Shown piece by piece: positions 37,464 through 49,270 of a DNA stretch of 64,000 nucleotides; within the stretch, counting starts at the first letter, position 1, and each line of letters opens with the position of its first letter. The notes beneath the pieces are model-generated. The model had not been told where the DNA came from. It saw only the letters and a program-made list of their open reading frames with translations, and ran no database searches. This DNA is from Scyliorhinus canicula. Lineage: Eukaryota. The DNA lies in assembly GCF_902713615.1 (NCBI RefSeq), contig NC_052162.1:130348653-130412652 (forward strand). Direction: 5' to 3'. A program made the position numbers and the translations under genes.

Positions 37464-38113
37464 GGGCGGGATTCTCTGATCCTGAGGCTAAGTGTTGACG
37501 CCGTCGCGTTTTACGACGACGTCAACAGGCCCCTCAGAGTAGTGGTCCTGTGCTGCACAGGGGGCCAGCATGGCACTGGAGCACTTCACGCAGCTCCAGC
37601 TGCCGATACCGCCGTCAGAACTGCCGGCGCGAGTTCGTGCATGCGCGCTACGGCCGGCGCGAACTCCCGCATGTGCGCGAGTTGCCTTCTCCGGCCCCGA
37701 CGCAACATGGCGGAGAGCTACAGGGGCCCGGCGTGGAGGAACATAGGCCCCCACCAGGAGAAGCCCGACCGCCGATCGGTAAGCCCCGGACTGCGGGCAG
37801 GGCCACGGTGCAGCCCCCCTCCCCCGGGGTCGGATCGCCCCTCCACCCCACCAGGCCGCCCCCCACAACATGAACGCCGAGGTCCCGTCGGGTAGGACAC
37901 GTGAACGGTGCCGGCGGGACTCGGCCTAAGTCAGTGGGCACTCGGGAAATCGCGCGCGGAGAATCGCCGGAGTGGGCAGACCACGCCAATGGCGCCGATT
38001 TTCCGGTCAACAGAGAATCGGCGGACCAGCATTGGGGCAGCGTCACGTGAATCGCGCCCCCCCCCCCTCCCCCCCACCCCCCCGGTGTTTCTCCGACCCC
38101 GGGCATTCCGCCT
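37464..38113. mobile_element. PIF/Harbinger-like MITE
   Basis: GGGCGGGATTCTC..ATTCCGCCT termini; 3-bp TSD CCT. Confidence 0.7.
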
Positions 38114-38236
38114 CCTGTCTCCAAACACTTCCCATCCTGTTCGTACAGAGAATCCCAGGATGGGGAATTGGGACATCCTGTCTCCAAACATCCATGTTCA
38201 CACAGAGAGTCCCAGTGTGGGGAACTGGGACATCCT

Positions 38237-38777
38237 GGACTGGATTCTCCAAAAATGGGGCTATGTCCCTTTACGCTGGTGTTTCACTCTGAACTTTCCT
38301 TAAGAAAGTCTTGAGCAATTCTTCTACCTGCAGGGGGCTGGCAGGGCCCACGGAGCGCTGGCTGCGGATACGGGGCCCCACACTTCGTCGGGAGTCTGCG
38401 CATGTGCATGGCGGCAGCCTGTGGCGGCCACGCCGTGCGACATGTTGGACTCGCACCGCACACCAGCGTAGGCCGCCCCAAGATTGCGCGAGCACGCAGG
38501 TCCGTGCCGCCTAATCGCTCCCCTGGCCATCCATGAGCCTCCCCGGTGATCGATCCCCTCCACCCCCCCCCAATCAGGGCGGCCGCGGACTGAGACTGCA
38601 GCCGCTACCGGCCGTTCCCGACAGCCGATAGGTGGTTAGAACCACGCAGTCGGGAATTCGGCCAGTTCTGCGCGGAGAATCGTTTCAGCGGTGCTGGTCA
38701 CGATTTCCGGGTGAACAGCCATTCTCCGCCCCCGCGCCGAACGCAATTTTGGCATGGAGGCTGGGAGAATCCAGCCC
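38237..38777. mobile_element. PIF/Harbinger-like MITE
   Basis: TIRs GGACTGGATTCTCC / GGAGAATCCAGCCC; 3-bp TSD CCT. Confidence 0.8.
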
Positions 38778-39785
38778 CCTTTCTCCAAACACATCCCACC
38801 CTGTTCACACTGAGAATCCCAGGGTGGAGAACTGGGACATCCTGTCTCCAAACACATCCCATCCTGTTCACACTGAGAATCCCAGGGTGGAGAACTGGGA
38901 CATCCTGTCTCCAAACACATCCCGCCCTGTACACACTGAGAATGCCAGGATGAATAATTCTCACACACATTCATTCCTGTTAATCTACCTGTGTGCTAAA
39001 ACAGATAGGTGTTCACTGGTTAGTTAAACACACAGAGTATCTGGTAGAGTTTGATCCAATAATTCTACATATTTCACATACCCCAGTGACGTTATTAAGT
39101 ACAGGGTCAATTTAAGGAGTGTCCCCAATGTGATGGAATAGATGGATTATGGGATTACAATGTAAAGATATATGATATAAAATGATAAAAGGAAATGATT
39201 TAGAGAAAATATATGATATAAAAAGAAAGAAAATATGTTGTGGAACCAACCAGGGAGCAGGCTACTCTGGATTTAATATTGTTTAATGAGGAGGGATTAA
39301 TGATGACCTCATAGTGGAGTTGAGACCATAATGAGATCAGCCATGATCGTACTGAACGGTGGAGCAGGTTCAAGAGACTAAATTCCCTGATCCTGGCTCT
39401 GATGTTCGAAGAAATAACTATTCTGTCTGATTTCACATTACAACTTTGTCTGTAGCCTTGTAGGTAACAGCACCTCAAGCACAAATCTGGTGTTCTTGAT
39501 TAATAAGGGGATTTCTTAATTAATATGGATATCAGGCCTTATGGGGGGGTGGGGGTGGGGCAGGCAAATGGGGATGAGGAACACATCAGCCATGATCAAA
39601 CGGCTGGGCAAACTTGATGGGCCAAATGCTGCTCCTATATCTTATGGTCTTGTGCTGCAAGCACTTTGAGTAAAATTTTACCGGCTGGACACGGCCTCAC
39701 ACATTGAGGCCCGTGTCCAGCAAATGCCTTCCCAGTGCACATTACTGGCCTTTTGGTTGAGACGGGGCACATTGACCTGTGAAAA

Positions 39786-40128
39786 ATTAGAATTAGAATT
39801 AGAACAGTACAGCACAGAACAGGCCCTTCGGCCCTCGATGTTGTGCCGAGCAATGATCACCCTACTCAAGCCCACGTATACCTATCCCAGTAACCCAACA
39901 ACCCCCATTAACCTTATTTTTTAGGACACTAAGGGCAATTTAGCCTGGCCAATCCACCTAACCCGCACATCTTTGGACTGTGGGAGGAAACCGGAGCACC
40001 CGGAGGAAACCCACGCACACACGGGGAGGATGTGCAGACTCCGCACAGACAGTGACCCAGCCGGGAATCGAACCTGGGACCCTGGAGCTGTGAAGCATTT
40101 ATGCTAACCACCATGCTACCGTGCTGCC
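39786..40128 (-). mobile_element. Full-length HE1 V-SINE
   Basis: Head, V-domain, CR1 tail with TTCTAA repeats. Confidence 0.9.
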
Positions 40129-40279
40129 CATCTGCCAGTTTGTGCACAAAAGGTGAAATGGGAGTTTTACTTGCAGTTCTGAATCATTTCGTTTGTAATT
40201 TTATTGATTTCCACCGCACCGCATCCCAAATTTCAGACCACAGCAAACAAAAGGCTATTTCCATGATTTGGACTTGCCA

Positions 40280-40740
40280 TGGCGGGCATGTTACCCGTCA
40301 TCCTGCGCGGTGGTGAATGTCCTCCATTCACACCACAGGAGATCACCGCGCAGGCGCAGTACCGCCCAGTATTTGAGCATGCGCTCTGATAGCGATGGCG
40401 AGCCTCTTGTCTGTCGGATCTCCAAACAGGTGAGGATGAGGTAACGCGGAAGGATCGATGGAGCTGGCGGTTGGTCGGGGAGGCTTTCTAAACAGCCGGT
40501 GAAGGCTTTAACCCCCCAATACGAACCTGAGGGTCTATCGTTTGCAGCTCCGGGTGTTTTTTGCGGAGACAGACGCGGACTAATAGCCGCCATCTTTGTT
40601 CAGAGGGTAGCGGTGCGCATGCGCTAGCGGTCTGATGACGTTGCCTAATCGGCGGAGCCTCGGGGGGGTGGGGTCTCTGCTTCCAACCGGGTCCTAGTGA
40701 CCGGCTATACCTTAAGACTTCTGCTGATGTTTTCGGCCTC
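40280..40740. promoter_or_regulatory. CpG-island bidirectional promoter between divergent ZNF genes (30869 minus, 41956 plus)
   Basis: NRF1-like motifs 40348-40358, 40376-40385, 40615-40624; YY1 GCCGCCATCTT 40586-40596; donors CAG|GTGAGG (plus, 40429/30) and CAG|GTTCGT (minus, 40527/6). Confidence 0.75.
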
Positions 40741-41154
40741 AATGAGTATATGGGCTATGTGTGTATATTCAGTGTGATAGGATGTAGCTCCTGTACACTT
40801 TTCTGAAGGAGCTGCTTCTCAATGTTTGGTTACACTTCAGCTGCTGATCTTTGGCTGCCCAGTGTGAGGAGGCTGGGGAAGTCAGAGACGATCTTCCCCT
40901 GAACCTGCACTTGGTCAAAACAGCAATTTGTACCTCCATGATGAGTGAGGGCTGTGGGCCGCTCTGGCTGGCGGCCTCTCTTCTGTGGTCTTGCCCTCGC
41001 CTCAGTGGCCCTGGAGAGCAGCATCCGTGTCTGCCGGTGTACTCAATACCTTCCACAACCATTGGGAACCTCTGAGTACAGGCTATTTCATTGACGCTGG
41101 GAATAACATTCTGCTTTAGAGCCATTTGGTCATTCAGCCCAAAAAGAGGCCATT

Positions 41155-41358
41155 TGGATTGGCTTATTGTTACATGTACCGAGGTACATTGAAAAGTGTT
41201 GTTCTGCGTATAACTCAGACAGATCATTCTGTACATGAAAAGAAAATATATAGTGAAAACATAAAATACCGAATGTAAATACATAGGCATCAGGTGAAGC
41301 ATACAGGAGCGTAGTACTACTCAGTAGAGAATATATGTGAAGAGATCACATCAGTCCA
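41155..41358 (-). mobile_element. Rex1 LINE 3'UTR fragment
   Basis: Homologous to 14512-14740. Confidence 0.75.
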
Positions 41359-41955
41359 CCGTGGCCCACCATGTCTATGCTGACAATCAAATACCAATCA
41401 ATACTTATCCCTTTTACCACCACTTGGTATAGGGTCATAGAGTTGGAAAGGTTCTCTTAACTCTTTTAGGGAGCTTGTTGTTAAAAGTAATTTGTTTGAA
41501 TCACATGTTGGGGGAAACAAGAGAAGGCATGATATCCCATAGAAACTAGAATCGCCTGTTCTGAATTTCTATCCTGGATTGAAAATGTGATACTGACGCT
41601 GTCAACTCCTTTTACAGGTATTAGATTAGGATTTGCCAAACTTTCTACAGATCTGTCCGAGTCATCAGGACCTGAATATCATCGGCCTTTAAAAGTGGAA
41701 GGAGAAATGTTTGTCTGTTCTGTTTGTGGGAAAAGATTTCAAACATCAGTGTGACTGGAAAAGCACCGAGACCCACACAACACACACCCGAGTGAGAGAG
41801 TTCCAGTGAACTGACTGTGAAAAAAGCTTAAACTAATTACATAGCCTGAAAAAACATCAGATCATTCACAGCAAGGAGAGAGAGTGCACATGTTCTGTGT
41901 GTGGACGAGGCTTCACTGATTATCCAACCTGGAGAGACACGAAGACCCCAGCACC

Positions 41956-42882
41956 ATGGAGAAGCCGTGGAAATGTGGGGACTGTGGGAAGGGATTCAGA
42001 ACACCGTCTGTGCTGGAAACGCATCGACGCAGTCACACCGGGGAGAGGCCGTTCGCCTGCTCTCAGTGTGGGAAGGGATTCACACAATCATCTAGCTTAC
42101 GTAAACACCAGACAACTCACACTGGGGTGAGACTCTTCACCTGTTCAGAATGTGGGAATGGGTTCACTCAACTAACGCACCTCACTGCACACCAACTTGT
42201 TCACTCAGACATGAGACCTTTTAAATGTTCCGACTGTGAAAAGAGCTTTAAAAGCAAGAAAAATCTATTGACACACCAGCGAGTTCACACTGGGGAGAGG
42301 CCGTTCACCTGCTCTCAGTGTGGGAAGAGATTCACTCAGTTATCCAGCCTGCTGACCCACCAGCGAGTTCACACCGGGGAGAAACCATTCACCTGCCCTG
42401 AGTGTGGGATGGCATTCATTCAGTTATGCAACCTTTTGGATCACCAGCGGGTTCACACTGGGGAGAGGCCATTCACCTGCTCTGTGTGTGGGAAGGGATT
42501 CGCTCAGTCATCCACCCTGCTGAGACACAAGCGCATTCACACTGGGGTGAAACCATTCACCTGCCTTGAGTGTGGGAAGGGATTCACTCAGTCTGCCCAC
42601 CTCGCTTCACACCAACGTGTTCACTCTGACACGAGACCTTTTACATGTTCCGACTGCGAGAAAAGCTTCAAAGGCAAAATGGATCTGCTGATTCACCAGC
42701 GCAGTCACACTGGAGAGAGGCCGTTCACCTGCTCCGTGTGTGGGAAGGGATTCACTCAGCAGTGTCTCCGGATGAAACACCAGCGCATTCACACCAGGGA
42801 GACATTATTCATCTGCTCCATTTGTGGGAAGGGATTCTCTCATTCATCCACCCTGCTGACACACCAGCGAGTTCACAAGTAA
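41956..42882 (+). CDS. C2H2 zinc-finger protein, 308 aa, 11 fingers, type B
   Basis: Strong Kozak CACCATGG, MEKPWKC...HK*; acceptor TTTTACAG|G with exon starting 41618; ATTAAA 43018-43023. Confidence 0.93.
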   Translation: MEKPWKCGDCGKGFRTPSVLETHRRSHTGERPFACSQCGKGFTQSSSLRKHQTTHTGVRLFTCSECGNGFTQLTHLTAHQLVHSDMRPFKCSDCEKSFKSKKNLLTHQRVHTGERPFTCSQCGKRFTQLSSLLTHQRVHTGEKPFTCPECGMAFIQLCNLLDHQRVHTGERPFTCSVCGKGFAQSSTLLRHKRIHTGVKPFTCLECGKGFTQSAHLASHQRVHSDTRPFTCSDCEKSFKGKMDLLIHQRSHTGERPFTCSVCGKGFTQQCLRMKHQRIHTRETLFICSICGKGFSHSSTLLTHQRVHK

Positions 42883-43137
42883 CAGGAGTTGGATTCTGCT
42901 GTTCTTGCTGCTGTGAATCACATCCAGGACTGAACCACGTTCATTCTGACAGTTAGTTAGTTTCAGTTGATGTTATTAATCCCTGTAACTGGAGTTTAAT
43001 GTTCTGGAAATAGATGAATTAAATCATCTTTGTGTCAGACACACAGTGTTGGAGTCCTTGATTTCTCTAAGATAAGAGGAGACTGATTGATGTCCTGTTA
43101 CTGACTGTTCCATTGTTGGTTCTTTTCTCCTTTGTTA

Positions 43138-43592
43138 ATGCAAGACTTGTATTTATGTAGCGCCTCTCACAACTTCAGGATGTCCCAAAGTGCTTTACAG
43201 CCAATGCGGTTCTTTTGAAGTGTAGTCACTGTTGTAATGTAGGAGATGCAGTCACCAAATGTACACAGCAAGATCCCGCAAACAAATGTGACTGTGACCA
43301 CAGAATCTGTTCAGTGATGTTTGTTGAGGGATGAATACTGTATTAAGCAGTAAACCAGGGAGAACTCCCCTGCTCTTTGGAATAACATCATGGGAACTTT
43401 TACACCCAACTGAGGGCAGATGGGGCCAAGAGTTGAAGATCTGATCTGGAAGACGGGACCTGTGACAGTGCAGTGCTCCCTCAGGACTGCATCAGAATAT
43501 CAACCTGGATTTAATGCTCATGTTCCTGGAGGTGGATTTGAACCCACAACCTCCTGACTCAGAGATACGAATGTAACCACTGAGCCACAACT
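43138..43592 (-). mobile_element. SacSINE1/AmnSINE1-like DeuSINE (3' fragment also at ~3435-3550 on +)
   Basis: tRNA head GTGGCTCAGTGG..GGGTTCAAATCC, Deu-like core, L2-type tail CATTACAACAGTGACTACACTTCAAAAG..GCGCTACATAAATACAAG. Confidence 0.75.
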
Positions 43593-43768
43593 AACACCTC
43601 ATCATTGCTCTGGATTATTTCAGTTCTCACACCTTCTGCTATTCTTATAGACAAGTGTAAAGTTTCAGTCTGGCAGTCACATATTACCCAAAAGGGGTTG
43701 AAGATATTGGTGACCGAAGGAACAGTTTTGATACGATACATAGGCTAAATAAGCAGAAAAGACATACA

Positions 43769-44570
43769 GGGCATGATTTAGCGACTGCCTTGCGGCCAGC
43801 GCTGATCCGGGCACCTTCCAGGTGCGACGGGTGAGTTCCGCGAGAGCCCCAAATCAGGCTCCGTGCCTGGCGCCAGACCGATTGCGAGTCACCCCACGCG
43901 ATCTGGATCACTCCCTTGCTGGGCAAGACCCAGAATTCCCCCAGCGCCCAGGAGTCAAAGGCCGTGCTGGTGAGATCTTGCCAAGGGGCCATTTAGCACT
44001 GGTTTCTACAAACGTAGACCAGACGTGACGGCACCTGGGGGGGGGGGGGGGGGGGGGGGGGGGACTTGCAGGCCATTAGAGAACCCCAGGTGGCTCCTTG
44101 ACGCAAGCAACCTTGCGCACCAACCAAGCACCCTGGCTGTGCCAGCTTGGGTGGCATTGCCAGGAGCACTGTCAGTGTCCAGGTGCCAAGGGTCGGGCCA
44201 GGGTTGACCTTGCCCATTAGAAGGGGGTGAAGGGGAGGTTTCCAAGGGCCTCAAGACAATTGGGGGGTAAAGGGGGTGGTCCTGAAAGCCGGGGCTGGGG
44301 GGGGTGGGGGTGGCAAAAGTGGGTTGGGGGGGTGGTCTAGAGATCATGGGGCAGCCTTCCAAAATGGTGCCCCGATCTTCAAGGAGTCGGTCCTGCTGGC
44401 GAGTTCAGCTCGCCAGTGCAGGATGCCCGCCTAAGTGTAGCCTCGACGAGAAACTCCGAGGCAAAATGCCATTGAATAGAAGGGTTATTCTCAGCACTGC
44501 TGCCACCAGGAAACACCCCACCAAAAGCACATGAAAGTGAACTTTAACCATTTTTCATTGATTAACGCCC
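43769..44570. mobile_element. GC-rich Harbinger-like MITE
   Basis: GGGCATGATTTA / GATTAACGCCC termini; GC-rich interior. Confidence 0.55.
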
Positions 44571-44622
44571 ATGACCCGTAACAGGTGTGAGGATGAATGT
44601 TTTCTTATATTTGGGGGGAATA

Positions 44623-45811
44623 TTGTGCTGTTCTGAAAATAAGGCTGTATGTATGTGTGAGTCTAAATTATTTAATTAAACTGGGGACAATGGAGACAAC
44701 CTGTCTGGGAGAGTTGAGAGATAAAATAGGTAGTAGGTGCTAAATGCATGTATTTGTAATGAAGCTGCAGTAAGGTGCGTTAAAAGTAAATAAGTAGAGT
44801 TTAGAACTTTGCGGTAGGAGAGTGACAGTGGTTTGACTTTTTCATTGCTCAATTTCAAAGGGGAGTAAAAGACTTTTACAGTTTGCAAAAGTTTCAAAAG
44901 TAAACAAGGGAAGACGTTTATTTAACCCAAATGGGGAGGCAATAGGAAAAACAGAAAAGATATTTATATTTTGGAAATGTTAAGTTCAGAGCGGGACTAA
45001 AGACAATGTGATCGAAGATGAAAGAGAAAAGGGATATTTACGGAAATATGTTGAGCTGAGTTGTGTTGGCTGTGTGGGGAAGACCTCGTGGGAAAAGTCC
45101 TCTGCGACGAAAAGGTACAAATTTTGAATCGACCATCCGGTCGAGCCAGAAAAGTCTTGGTTGTATAAAGCAGTCTTGTTTCTTTATACTCTTGGATTTC
45201 TAGAGCAGTGTAGGAGAATGTGAGAAATCGTCTGCTATATCTAGGGTAATATTGCAGAATTTTTAGAGTTACAAATATATACTGAAGTGTTGCCAGGAAA
45301 ATGTTTACTTTTGGTTCTGACCAAGTGTTTCCTTTGGTGATGAATGTTTTGTTAAGAGTATTTTTACTGTGTAACTGTAATCTTTTGTGCTTAAGTTTTC
45401 TTTACATCTTGTTAATAAATCCTTCACTTTTCAAAATCCCCAAAGCGTGACTGGAATTCTATGTTTCTGGGCTCAGTAGGTTTCTCTCATTTTCAGAATA
45501 CGATGAAAAGGGTTATGATTGGTTGGACGGTAGGACAGCACGGTGGCGCAGTGGGTTAGCACTGCGGCCTCACGGCGCCGAGGTCCCAGGTTCGATCCCG
45601 GCTCTGGGTCACTGTCCGTGTGGAGTTTTCACATTCTCCCCGTGTCTGTGTGGGTTTCGCCCCCACAACCCAAAAATGTGCAGGGTAGGTGGATTGGCCA
45701 CGCTAAATTGCCCCTTAATTGGAAAAAATAATTGGGTACTCTAAAAAAAATTTTGGAAATGATTGGTTGGACAAGTTTCTGTCTGGGATTTGGCTTGCTC
45801 GGTGAATAACA
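44623..45811 (+). mobile_element. Probable solo LTR carrying an A-tailed SINE (45529-45758)
   Basis: TGTG..AATAACA ends, AATAAA ~45414; SINE TSD ATGATTGGTTGGAC (45515-45528 / 45759-45772). Confidence 0.5.
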
Positions 45812-45955
45812 TCAGCTGTGATTGTAACACAGCAAAAAGCAGATGACTGGTCCCAGATTGGACAAATGGACAAGGAGAAGCAGGGTGATAGAAATTGACT
45901 TTTCTAGTCAGACATAAGAGGTTTAAATGAGAACTCATTAAGAATAATTAACTAT

Positions 45956-46075
45956 CCCCGTGTCTGCGTGGGTTTCGCCCCCACAACCCAAAAATGTGCA
46001 GAGTAGGTGGATTGGCCACGCTAAATTGCCCCTTAATTGGAAAAAATAATTGGCTAATCTAAATTTAAAAAGAAA
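45956..46075 (+). mobile_element. 5'-truncated A-tailed V-SINE
   Basis: 16-bp TSD AAGAATAATTAACTAT (45940-45955 / 46076-46091). Confidence 0.9.
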
Positions 46076-46698
46076 AAGAATAATTAACTATAATCATATC
46101 AACCATGAGAGTAAGGGAAGCCGAATAACTGGGAACATTTTGCAAGTTGCTTGAGACTGTTAAGAACAGTGACATCAACTAGCTAAAAGGCCCCATTGTT
46201 ATTCAGTAAGAACTGGTAGTTCCGTCTCTATGGAAACAGCCAGTCTAGACTTACTTCTGAACGAAAATTGGCAAGTGTTGGTATGGGAAAATTTGTACCA
46301 AGATATTTAAACAAATATATATTTTAAAATTGATAGACAGACAGTTTGGCCAAAAGTGATTTACAAATTAGTTAAAGCCAATCAGGGGTGAAAAGAAGGC
46401 GAGACCTTTAGATAATTATCTCCTTAAGAATCACTTACCCGGGATGGAAAACTCATTCCGGAATCACCCTATCTAAATTTCTGAAACCTATTTCTTTGCT
46501 GCTTGCGTTTGCTGTCGCCATCTTTCTTTTGTTTAAATCACTTATTTATGTTATTCTGTGTATTATGATTTGAAGAATTACCACGATCTGTATTTTAAAG
46601 CTCAACGACCGTATTCGCTAAAGACAATTAATCTGGCGAGCTTGCTAAAGGGCTAGTCGGAACTTTTTGAATGTTCCATTGAAAATAAAGTTACCAGA

Positions 46699-48455
46699 GA
46701 CTTCCGGTGGCGGCCATGGAGAGGAGTAGGTGGCACATTTGATAGCTCCCGCCTGTAATGGACTTTTGGACCTTTTCCCCTGGTTTTTTTCGGATTTTAT
46801 GGGATAAATCAGTGAAGAGTGAGACAGTGAGGAGAAATCCCCCTCTGGTGTATGGAGAATTGGACCAGAAGTGGCCGTGTGAGAAGACAAACTCCTATAA
46901 GGGAGACGCAATCAGAGCTGGTAACACGGGACAGCATGGCGGAGAGCAAGGGCTGCGAGGAGACGGCACAGTGGTCGACGGAGCAGCTGGTGAAGTTTTT
47001 CGAGGATTGCTTCGCCAAGCTGAAGAAGGACACGCTGGACCCGATTAAGGCTTTGATTGATCAAGTGGTTCAGAATCAGGAAACCCACGGGAGAGCGATC
47101 CAGGAGGTCGAACAAACATTGTCTGAGCACGAGGAATATATAACCGTGCTGGAAAGGTGGGGATGATGAACGACAGCCAGAAAAGAATGCAGGACAAGCT
47201 GGGGGACTTGGAAAATAGGTCCAGGAGGCAGAATCTCAGAATTGTTGGCCTCCCTGAAGACAGTGAGGGATCGGATGCGAGGGCCTATGTGATAGACATG
47301 TTGGAGAGATTGATGGGGGCTGGGGCATTCCCTCGGCCCCTGGAATAGGACAGAGCACACAGAGGAAGCCCAGAACGAACGAGCCGTCTAGGGTCCTGGT
47401 GGTACTTTTTCACCGTTTCATGGACAAGGAACACGTTTTGCGATGGGCCCAAGAAAGAACGAAGCAGCAAGTGGGAGAACTGTGAGTTGCGCATCTGTCA
47501 GGACCTGGGAGCGGATTTGGCCAAGAGGCGAGCTGGGTTCAATCGGGCAAAACCGACCCTCTTTTTAAGAAGGGGATGAAGTTCGGGATGCTGTACCCAG
47601 CCCGCCTGTGGGTCACACATGAGGAACGGGACTTAGAACATAGAACATAGAACAGTACAGCACAGAACAGGCCCTTCGGCCCTCGATGTTGTGCCGAGCA
47701 ATGATCACCCTACTTAAACCCACGTAACCCGTAACCCAACAATCCCCCCCATTAACCTTACACTACGGGCAATTTAGCATGGCCAATCCACCTAACCTGC
47801 ACTTCTACTTTGAAATGCCAGACGAAGTACGGACCTTTATTGAAGAAATGAAGCTGGAGGCGAATTAAAAGACACTTATGCCTTGGAGAAGTTCTGTGGC
47901 AGCGATTTGTGGTGCTGGATTGTATAACTTTAAGTACCTCAATGTGAAATAATGGGCTGTGTGGATGGTTAAAGGTAGATCTGTCTTGCAGGGACCTTGT
48001 TAGAGGGGAGATGGGCTTTGAATTTAGTTCTGCTTTTTGGGTGACTATTTTTCTAAAGTGACTGTTCCTTCACTTTTTTCTGTTGTTTGTTTACTGGGGA
48101 ATGTGATGCATTTGTGAGGGGGAGAGAGGAGAGAACAATAGGGAGACAGACTGCTTGGTGCCAGGGACGGGAGCTATCAAGTCAGCATGGGTCAGCTGAC
48201 TCTCGGAAGTGAGGTGGGGGTGAGCAGGTGTTAAGCTGGAGCTTGACTTGGGGTATTGGGTTTCTAGTATTGTTGCTAGGGGGGTGGGGGAGTGGGGGGG
48301 GGGCTGCTTTGTTGTCGGGGGAGGAACTGTTACTAGGAGACAAATGGGAGGTCGGGAACGGCGACAGCCTGAGTGGGGACTTGAGGAAGCGGAGGGCGCG
48401 AGCTCAAGGCTGGCCTAAAAAGGGTGATAGCTAGTCGGCAGGGGGAGTGGGGGGG
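46699..48455 (+). mobile_element. L1/Tx1-clade LINE 5' half (5'UTR, degenerate ORF1 46936-~47868, inter-ORF region); ORF2 missing
   Basis: Start GACTTCCGGTGGCGGCCATG; ORF1 DLENRSRRQNLRIVGLPE..DRAHR..GMLYPARL; SINE fragment inside (~47635-47800). Confidence 0.85.
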
Positions 48456-49270
48456 TGTTGGAACGGTTTCTCCCCATTCTGAATTAACTGGTGCATCAGC
48501 AGATTGGGAAGCAGGTGAACGGCTTCTCCCCAGTGTGAACTCGCTAATGAGTCTCCAACTAAGAGGGGGATCTGAATGCCTTCCCACAGTCCCCACATTT
48601 CCAAGGTTTCTCCATGATGTGGGAGTTCATAACAATAATAGTCTTTATTATTGTCACAAGTAGGTTTACATGAACTCTGCAATGAAGTTACTGTGAGAAT
48701 CCCCCAGTCGCCACATTCCGGAGCCTGTCCGGGTCACAGAGGGAGAATTCAGAATGTCCAATTCACCCAACAGCACGTCTTTTGGGACTTGTGGGAGGAA
48801 ACCGGAGGAAACCCATGCAGACACGGGGAGAACATGCAGACTCTGCATAGACAGTGACCCAAGCCGGTGATCGAACCTGAGGCCCTGGCGCTGTGGAGAA
48901 ATAGTGCTAACCACTGTGCTGCCGTGCCGCTCTTGAGTTTCGATGATCTGTTGACGTCCCACCAACTGACAGAAAACATATGAGGTTTCTTCTCACTGAG
49001 AATGATCTGATAGTTTTTCAGGCTGTGTAACTGGTTCAAGCTCTTTCCACAGTCAGTTCACTGGAACACTGACTCTAATGTGCATCTGTCTTGGGGCTTA
49101 TCCAGTCGCACTGAAGTTTGAAATTTCTTGCACAGAGAGAACAAACATTTCTCCTTCCACATTTAAGGGATGATGATGATTTATCAGATCTGATCTGATA
49201 AATCAATGAAGATGTTGAGATAATTTTTGATTTACGCTTCCCGCTTGTTAATCCTCCCCTTCTAATTAGC
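48456..49270 (-). pseudogene. Type B zinc-finger pseudogene with a Rex1-tailed V-SINE inserted (~48632-48930)
   Basis: Acceptor TTTTAAG|G with exon starting 49270; ATG 48615 [25 protein letters not shown]; truncated at the L1 junction. Confidence 0.85.

Larger units (their letters stand above)
37391..38950. repeat. 63-bp tandem repeat (~6 units), split by two MITEs
   Basis: Unit GGGACATCCTGTCTCCAAACACATCCCATCCTGTTCACACTGAGAATCCCAGGGTGGAGAACT. Confidence 0.85.

Noticed and set aside
40769-41302. 177-aa minus-strand ORF
   Set aside because: Starts in a Rex1 3'UTR; no recognisable domain; 40770-41080 remains unassigned
41807-41809. Selenocysteine zinc finger (TGA at a Cys position)
   Set aside because: Surrounded by frameshifts and other stops; no SECIS recognisable by eye
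46158-46660. Endogenous retrovirus LTR with a tRNA-Arg PBS (TGGCGAGC at ~46634)
   Set aside because: Only about 8 nt match and no retroviral coding sequence follows; too weak to call
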